A stretch of DNA of 64,000 nucleotides, taken from an uncultured Candidatus Saccharibacteria bacterium (GTDB taxonomy: Bacteria > Patescibacteriota > Minisyncoccia > Minisyncoccales > UBA1441). The notes under the pieces were generated by a model that saw only the letters and a list, made by a program, of their open reading frames with translations, made no database searches and was not told where the DNA came from. Below, piece by piece: positions 57,675-64,000 of this stretch (position 1 is the stretch's first letter; each line of letters opens with the position of its first letter). Where the stretch lies: contig CAZNED010000002.1 of assembly GCA_964572275.1 (NCBI GenBank), forward strand, positions 12,582-76,581, written 5' to 3'. A program made the position numbers and the translations under genes.

Positions 57675-60600
57675 TTATTTTTCTTGCTGGTATCCCGTCC
57701 CGGCTGGGATCACCCGGCCTATTATAACATTCTCTTTGAGACCCTGCAATTTATCTCTTTTACCGCGCAAAGAGGCTTCAATTAGTACTTGCGATGTTTG
57801 TTGGAATGATGCTGCCGAAAGGAAACTTCCTGAATTTAAAGACACTCTCGATATTCCCAGTAAAATTTGTTCTGTTTTCACTAAATTCTTCTTTTCTTTC
57901 TTGAGACGTTGATTCGCTTCGTCTATGTCAAAACGGTCAACAATCTTCCCTTTTACCCATGGACCGTCCCCGCTCTCTACAACTTTAACACGTGAGAACA
58001 TTTGACGCGCAATTACTTCTATGTGCTTGTCATGAATATTAACCCCGGCCGTCACATAAACTCTTTGAATTTCTTGAATAATATATCTCTGCGTTGCCAA
58101 TACGCCTTGATATCGCCAAATTAAATCCAAGGGCAGACTACCTTGGCTCAGAGGTTGACCAGGTTTTACTTTATCGCCCACCTTAACCAAAGCCTCGTGA
58201 TGAGCCAAAAGACGATATGACTTTCCGCGATTTTGTGATTTCTTAGTCAACGATTCAACCTTAATCACCCCTTTGGCTCGATCTATCTTAGTCACTTTTC
58301 CTTCTCGAATAACAACAGCTGCTGCTCCTTTTGGTATGCGATTTTCAAAAACTTCTTCAACTCTAGGCAATCCTTGTGTAATATCACCGCTTTCAACCAC
58401 ACCGCCAGTGTGAAATGTTCTCATTGTCAATTGAGTTCCAGGCTCTCCAATAGATTGAGCAGCAACTACCCCTACTGCTTCGCCTAAGCCAATCAAATCA
58501 TTACGACCAAGGTCCCAACCGTAACAATGACGACAAATACTACCTGCTGATTTACAAGTTAAAGGACTGCGTATTCTTACTTTACTGATCTGGAGCGCAT
58601 CAATCTCTCGAGCTTGATTCCAGTTGATAATATCTCCCTTTTTAACAATCTTATTTTTAGTTTTTGGATCTATAATATCTTCAAGTGTATAACGTCCGAC
58701 AATCTTAAAAACGAAATTCTGATTGATGGCATCAGCATCTGTTCGAAAAATCTCTAGCCCATCTTTGTCGCCACAATCATCTTCCCAAATAATTGTTTCA
58801 TGCGCTACGTCAACAAGTCGACGGGTTAAATATCCAGCGACTGAAGTTCTAAGAGCTTTATCAGCTGTTCCCTTGCGTGCTCCGTGTGTTGAAATAAAGT
58901 ATTCCAAGATACTTAAACCTTCCTTAAAAGAATTTCTTACTGGTAAAGTAATAATACGACCGGCTGGATTAGAAACTAACCCTTTCATTCCTGATATCTG
59001 GACAACTTGAGACCAAGAACCGCGAGAACCAGACTCAACCATAAGATAAATAGGATTAGTCGACGGAATATTGGCCTTCATCGCATCTTGAACTTTTTTC
59101 TTGGCTTCCTGCCACGTTCCGATATTAAGACGTCTCTCTTCATTAGCATTTATTTTTCCCTGTCGAAATTTTGCGGAATATTCTTCGTTTTTGGAATCAG
59201 CCCATTCTAAAATCTTAGCTTTATCTCGAGGAATAATAAAGTCATCCATTCCTAAACTAATACCGGCTAAAGTAGAGTGCTCATAACCAAGTTCTTTGAT
59301 TCTGTCTAGACAAACCTGAGCCTCTTCATTGCCATAACCCTCGATAATATCATTGATGATTCTACTTAAAGCGCGACCATCTACTTGTTTATTATGATAG
59401 GGATATTTAGACGGTAATCCTTCGTTGAAAATAATGCGGCCAATCGTTGTTTTGAATAATTCTGCCTGTTGCCCAGTGCTTAGCTGCATCATCACTCGGA
59501 TGGGCGTACGGAGATTGATATATCCTTGACTATGAGCCAACATCGCTTCATTAATACTACTGAAATACTTAATTTTCTTCTCTTCTGGCTCTTCTTCTGA
59601 TCCTGTCAAATAATAAATTCCGAAAACGATATCTTGGCTAGGTGAAACTATTGGTAAGCCAGTAGCTGGTTTACGCAAATTATGGCCCGAGAGCATAATT
59701 TCCCTTGCCTCTTTTTGTGCCTGTTTTGATAATGGTACATGCACAGCCATTTGATCTCCGTCAAAATCAGCATTGAATGCAGCGCAGACCAAGGGATGAA
59801 TTTTAATAGCATTATCCTCTATTAAAGTGGGATAAAATGCTTGGATCCCTAAGCGATGCAATGTAGGGGCTCGATTTAGTAATACCACCTTGCCACGAAC
59901 CACTTCTTCCAATATATTCCAAACCTCAGGAATTCCTTTTTCGATTAATCGTGAGGCCCCTCTGATATTATAAGCAATTTCTTGATCTAAGAGTTTCTTT
60001 ATGACGAATGGCTTGAATAGTTCCAGAGCCATTTTCTTGGGTAACCCACACTCTGTTAATTTCAATTCCGGACCGACGGCAATAACTGATCTACCAGAAT
60101 AATCCACTCTCTTACCAAGCAAGTTACGGCGAAAACGACCCATTTTCCCCTGAATATTATCCGTTAAAGAGCGTAATTTCCTTCTCCCTCCGATGCCGGT
60201 TCGCGCACTATTATCAATAAGAGCATCAACTGCTTCTTGCAACATTCTTTTCTCGTTACGGATGATTATTTCCGGCGTGTCAATTTCCAATAAATGCTTT
60301 AATCTATTATTGCGATTAATCACTCGTCGATAAAGATCATTTATGTCAGATGAAGCATAGCGACCTCCGTCTAATTGGACCATAGGTCTCAGATTTGGAG
60401 GCAAGACTGGTAGAATAGTCATGAACATCCATTCTGGACGTATATCAGATTCATACATCTCTCTCAAAAGGCGCATTCTCTCAGAGATCTTGCTTGATAA
60501 TGCATCGCTACCCGTTTCTTTCAATTGATCCGAAAGAGTACTTATCTCTTTTGGCAAATCCATCTCAGCCATTGTTCGGCGAACCGCCTCTGCTCCAGTT

Positions 60601-61229
60601 CGGGCTTCAAAACAAGCACCAAAACGGAGTGCCAGTGAGCGATATTCTTTTTCCGAGATTACTTTCAACGGTTCAATCGCATTGAGATCTTGATGCGCTC
60701 GGCGCCTGATTTCTTTCAAATTTTCTAAATCTTCTGGCGAAGCTTCTTTTGACTTTTCCTTGAATTCATCCTCTATCTCTTGAGCCATTTTCTCTTTTAT
60801 TTTTTCGTTCACCTTTACGATCAAATAAGCGGCGAAGTAAATCACTCGTTCTAATTTACGAGTAGATATGCCTAACACTGTACTCATGCGATACGGCGCC
60901 CGACGTAAAAACCAGGCATGAGCAACTGGTGTCGCTAATTCAATATGCCCCATTCTTTCTCTTCTGGCCGAGGATTTTGTTACCTCGACTCCGCATCTAT
61001 CGCAAACAATGTTTTTATAACGCACCCCTTTATATTTACCGCAATAACACTGATAATCTTTCGTAGGTCCGAAAATCTTTTCACAAAACAGTCCTCCTTT
61101 TTCAGGCTTGCCTGCCCGATAATTTATGGTTTCCGGCTTAGTAACCTCTCCATGGCTCCATTTAAGAATTGTTTCAGGAGAAGCCAATTTAATCAGGACT
61201 GAAATTTTGTTTTTAGTTGGTGCAGACAT
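57675..61229 (-). CDS. rpoC: DNA-directed RNA polymerase subunit beta'
   Basis: 1184 aa. It has the Zn finger CYCGKYKGVRYKNIVCDRCGVEV, the catalytic NADFDGDQMAVH, and the trigger loop/bridge helix. Confidence 0.97.
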   Translation of the reverse strand: MSAPTKNKISVLIKLASPETILKWSHGEVTKPETINYRAGKPEKGGLFCEKIFGPTKDYQCYCGKYKGVRYKNIVCDRCGVEVTKSSARRERMGHIELATPVAHAWFLRRAPYRMSTVLGISTRKLERVIYFAAYLIVKVNEKIKEKMAQEIEDEFKEKSKEASPEDLENLKEIRRRAHQDLNAIEPLKVISEKEYRSLALRFGACFEARTGAEAVRRTMAEMDLPKEISTLSDQLKETGSDALSSKISERMRLLREMYESDIRPEWMFMTILPVLPPNLRPMVQLDGGRYASSDINDLYRRVINRNNRLKHLLEIDTPEIIIRNEKRMLQEAVDALIDNSARTGIGGRRKLRSLTDNIQGKMGRFRRNLLGKRVDYSGRSVIAVGPELKLTECGLPKKMALELFKPFVIKKLLDQEIAYNIRGASRLIEKGIPEVWNILEEVVRGKVVLLNRAPTLHRLGIQAFYPTLIEDNAIKIHPLVCAAFNADFDGDQMAVHVPLSKQAQKEAREIMLSGHNLRKPATGLPIVSPSQDIVFGIYYLTGSEEEPEEKKIKYFSSINEAMLAHSQGYINLRTPIRVMMQLSTGQQAELFKTTIGRIIFNEGLPSKYPYHNKQVDGRALSRIINDIIEGYGNEEAQVCLDRIKELGYEHSTLAGISLGMDDFIIPRDKAKILEWADSKNEEYSAKFRQGKINANEERRLNIGTWQEAKKKVQDAMKANIPSTNPIYLMVESGSRGSWSQVVQISGMKGLVSNPAGRIITLPVRNSFKEGLSILEYFISTHGARKGTADKALRTSVAGYLTRRLVDVAHETIIWEDDCGDKDGLEIFRTDADAINQNFVFKIVGRYTLEDIIDPKTKNKIVKKGDIINWNQAREIDALQISKVRIRSPLTCKSAGSICRHCYGWDLGRNDLIGLGEAVGVVAAQSIGEPGTQLTMRTFHTGGVVESGDITQGLPRVEEVFENRIPKGAAAVVIREGKVTKIDRAKGVIKVESLTKKSQNRGKSYRLLAHHEALVKVGDKVKPGQPLSQGSLPLDLIWRYQGVLATQRYIIQEIQRVYVTAGVNIHDKHIEVIARQMFSRVKVVESGDGPWVKGKIVDRFDIDEANQRLKKEKKNLVKTEQILLGISRVSLNSGSFLSAASFQQTSQVLIEASLRGKRDKLQGLKENVIIGRVIPAGTGYQQEK

Positions 61230-61241
61230 ATCAAAATTGTA

Positions 61242-64000
61242 TTAATCCTGTCCCTGGATCTGAATATCCAGCGCCAGAGATTTTAATTCATTAAGCAAAA
61301 GAATTAATGAAGCCGGCCGATAATAATTCTCGATCGGTTTCCCTCTTAAGATGGCTTCATATGCTTCAGAGCGTCCGCGGATATCATCCGACTTAATGGT
61401 CATCATTTCCTGTAGCGTATAGGCCGCTCCATAGCCTTCTAGGGCCCAAACTTCCATTTCTCCGAAGCGCTGACCTCCGAATTGAGCTTTACCGCCTAAG
61501 GGTTGCTGCGTAATTAATGAATACGGGCCGATGGAACGCATATGAATTTTATCTTGCACCATATGATGCAATTTAAGCATATACATTTTCCCAACTGTAA
61601 TCTGATGTTCGAATTTTTCACCTGAGCGACCATCATAAAGAGTTACTTGTCCATTTTCAGGTAATCCGGCAGCTTTCATTTCATTTTTAATTTCTTCTTC
61701 TGCTACCCCAATCATAGCCGGAGCAGTAACCGATTGATTCAATCTTTCAGCCGCCCAACCTAAATGTGTCTCTAATATTTGTCCGACATTCATTCTCGAA
61801 ACAACTCCCATCGGGCTAAGAATAACATCTATCGGTGTCCCGTCTTCCAAGAAAGGCATTTCTTCTTCTGGCAAAATTTCGGCAATAATACCTTTATTCC
61901 CATGGCGGCCAGATATTTTATCGCCCACTTCAATGTTACGAATTTGAGCGACTTCAATCTTGATCTTTTGTAAAGTACCGGATTCCAATCTATCTCCCCG
62001 ATCACGAGAAAAAACATGCACCCCCACCACGCGGCCTTTCTTCCCGTAAGGCATAGTCAAAGAAGTATCTTTCACTTCTTTCGCCTTCTCTCCAAAGATC
62101 GCTTTCACTAATCTCTCTTCCGGCGAAAGTTCTATCTGTCCCTTGGGTGATATCTTTCCAACTAGAATATCGCCCGGTCCGACTTCAGCTCCAATTCGGA
62201 CAATACCCCGCTCATCAAGATCTTTTAATTTCTCTTCTCCAACATTGGGGATATCAGATGTTGTTATTTCCGGACCAAGTTTAGTATTGCGAACTTCGCA
62301 AACAAAATCTTCTATATGGATTGAAGCAAAAGTATTATTTTTAGCCAATCTCTCTGAAACCACAACCGCATCTTCATAGTTCATTCCTCGATAAAGCATG
62401 AATGCCACCGTAATATTGGTGCCTAGGGCTAAACGGCCATCAACGATTGAAGAGCTATCTGTCAGGACATCTCCTTTCTTTACTTTCTGCCCTTTATCAA
62501 CAATCGGTTGTTGATGATAGCAAGTAAATTGATTGCCTCTTACAAAATTTTGAAGAAGATAAATTTTATTATTAATTTTGATATGTTTCCCATCGACATC
62601 TTTAACTATTCCCGCCTCTTCTGCTAATAAAACACGGCCTGATTCGCGCGCAACTTTCTCTTCCATGCCTGTTCCGACCAAGGGAGATTCAGCATTAATT
62701 AGAGGCACAGCTTGCCGCTGCATATTACAACCCATTAAGGCCCTATTAGCGTCATCATTGCATAAAAAAGGAATCAAACTCGCGGCAATACTTAAGGTTT
62801 GGTTTGGTGAAACATCTATGAAATCGATATTTGTTCGATCAGCTACCACCGGACGACCCTGGAAGCGAGCATCCACTTTTTTATTGACGATACGATTTTG
62901 GTTATCGATTATTTCATCAGCCTGAGCAATATAATAATTCTCTTCTTCCTGCGCATTTAAATAAACAACTTCGTTTGTTAAAGTTCCATTCTTAACTTTA
63001 AAGTATGGAGTCTCAATGAATCCATATTCATTTATTTCGGCTACAACTGTCAGATGGTTGACTAATCCAACATTAGGACCTTCAGGCGTTTCAATTGGAC
63101 AAATACGACCATAATGTGATGGTTGCACGTCTCGTGCATCAAAACCGGCACGCTGTCTCGTCAATCCCCCTGGACCAGTGGCAGATAAACGTCTCTTATG
63201 CTCTATCTCAGCTAATGGATTATCGCTATCCATAAATTGTGAAAATGCCGAGACTCCGAAGAAATTCTGCAAAGAGACAGCCAATAATCTGGGGTCAATT
63301 AAACGCGAAGGACTGATCTCCGCTTCATTTAAGGTAGACATTCTGTCTTGAGTCACGCGGCGAATGCGAGCTAAACCGATCCTCAATTGGCCTTGTAATA
63401 ATTCTGCGAGATCTCGGATGCGACGATTAGCTAAATGATCTATAGAGTCAGATTGAGCTTCGGGATTATTATTAAGTCTAATAATTTCACGAATCGTCGC
63501 TACCACATCTTTAGGATGCAGCACTCTATCATCTAGGGAAATGGATTTTCTATCCTTTCTTTCAATTAATCTTTCTCGAATCTTCCAGCGACCAACTTCC
63601 GCTAAATCATAACGAGAAAAATTAAGAAACATATTCTTTAAGAATTCTTTAGCCGTATCAGGCGTGACCATCTCTCCTGGTCGCAAGCGATGATATATCT
63701 CAACAGCCGCCTCGTCCCCATTCTGGGTAGCATCTTCTTCAAGAGTATTTTTTATGAAAGAAATTGAGCCAGTATCAACATCTTTGAACAATTTTTCAAT
63801 CTCGGAATTAGTTGAATAACCCAGAGCCCTTAAGAATGTTGTTGCTAAAACTTTTTTACGCCGATTAATCTTAATCTGTATCCTTCCGCTATGGTCAGTT
63901 TCAAATTCCAACCAACTTCCTCGATCAGGGATCATCACTGCTCCAAAATAATTTCGATCCCCAATTTTTTCTCCCTCAAAAAATACCCCCGGAGAACGTA
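61242..64000 (-). CDS. rpoB: DNA-directed RNA polymerase subunit beta, C-terminal about 900+ codons; N-terminus lies beyond the window end
   Basis: IPDRGSWLEFETD (about residue 180 in E. coli numbering), GPGGLTRQRAGFDARDVQPSHYGRICPIETPEGPN and RHGNKGI are present. The reading frame stays open through position 64000. Confidence 0.97.
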   Translation of the reverse strand, partial: RSPGVFFEGEKIGDRNYFGAVMIPDRGSWLEFETDHSGRIQIKINRRKKVLATTFLRALGYSTNSEIEKLFKDVDTGSISFIKNTLEEDATQNGDEAAVEIYHRLRPGEMVTPDTAKEFLKNMFLNFSRYDLAEVGRWKIRERLIERKDRKSISLDDRVLHPKDVVATIREIIRLNNNPEAQSDSIDHLANRRIRDLAELLQGQLRIGLARIRRVTQDRMSTLNEAEISPSRLIDPRLLAVSLQNFFGVSAFSQFMDSDNPLAEIEHKRRLSATGPGGLTRQRAGFDARDVQPSHYGRICPIETPEGPNVGLVNHLTVVAEINEYGFIETPYFKVKNGTLTNEVVYLNAQEEENYYIAQADEIIDNQNRIVNKKVDARFQGRPVVADRTNIDFIDVSPNQTLSIAASLIPFLCNDDANRALMGCNMQRQAVPLINAESPLVGTGMEEKVARESGRVLLAEEAGIVKDVDGKHIKINNKIYLLQNFVRGNQFTCYHQQPIVDKGQKVKKGDVLTDSSSIVDGRLALGTNITVAFMLYRGMNYEDAVVVSERLAKNNTFASIHIEDFVCEVRNTKLGPEITTSDIPNVGEEKLKDLDERGIVRIGAEVGPGDILVGKISPKGQIELSPEERLVKAIFGEKAKEVKDTSLTMPYGKKGRVVGVHVFSRDRGDRLESGTLQKIKIEVAQIRNIEVGDKISGRHGNKGIIAEILPEEEMPFLEDGTPIDVILSPMGVVSRMNVGQILETHLGWAAERLNQSVTAPAMIGVAEEEIKNEMKAAGLPENGQVTLYDGRSGEKFEHQITVGKMYMLKLHHMVQDKIHMRSIGPYSLITQQPLGGKAQFGGQRFGEMEVWALEGYGAAYTLQEMMTIKSDDIRGRSEAYEAILRGKPIENYYRPASLILLLNELKSLALDIQIQGQD

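Overview
This 64 kb window is an AT-rich (roughly 35-40% GC by eye), very gene-dense bacterial chromosome segment. It is dominated by housekeeping genes, almost all on the minus strand. A short plus-strand block sits at 47.8-54.5 kb.

Recognisable genes, in order:
- 1-4.7 kb: eno (partial), a sugar nucleotidyltransferase, ftsZ, prmC, rlmE, tsaC.
- 5.1-14.9 kb: ftsX, ftsE, prfB (with its canonical programmed +1 frameshift), an ftsB-like gene, lepA, murJ, RNase HI, a DHH phosphoesterase, pgk.
- 15.0-22.5 kb: a VirD4/TraG-like P-loop ATPase, a membrane protein, a sigma-r4/HARE-HTH protein, an orphan histidine kinase, a UbiA prenyltransferase, a polyprenyl synthase.
- 22.5-35.6 kb: tyrS, a YjbQ-family gene, pyrG, secF, secD, secA, hpf, murB, a secreted HExxH metalloprotease, MscS.
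- 35.8-45.6 kb: several small membrane-anchored proteins, a rubrerythrin-desulforedoxin pair, ychF, a Na/Pi symporter, Sua5, a methyltransferase, htpX, lemA.
- 45.7-54.5 kb: groEL/groES, secG, a family-5 substrate-binding protein, RNase J, trpS, rpsF, an ssb-like gene, rpsR.
- 54.5-64 kb: recA, ftsK, rpoC, rpoB (partial).

RNA genes I can support directly from the sequence:
- five tRNAs: Gln-CUG, Thr-CGU, Gly-CCC, Ser-GGA, Leu-CAG;
- an RNase P RNA on the minus strand at about 11.88-12.21 kb;
- a GC-rich about 117 nt small RNA, possibly SRP/4.5S RNA, with a consensus promoter and an intrinsic terminator.

The gene content and style point to a small-genome, probably anaerobic bacterium, possibly from the candidate phyla radiation (Patescibacteria). 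The cues are rubrerythrin/desulforedoxin, peptidoglycan-binding domains on surface proteins, a split type-IV-coupling-protein-like ATPase, and tight gene overlaps. This lineage assignment is inference only.

Unusual items:
- a about 430 bp island at 3.64-4.11 kb whose GC content is far above its surroundings; it carries a 99-codon ORF with its own consensus promoter, AGGAG RBS and GC-rich terminator;
- a parvulin-type PPIase domain embedded in SecD;
- an ATPase, membrane protein and HTH protein trio;
- two unannotated small ORFs, a desulforedoxin and a 44-aa poly-acidic peptide;
- a divergent SSB-like protein with a canonical DIPF tail.

I found no CRISPR array, transposase, integrase or rRNA.
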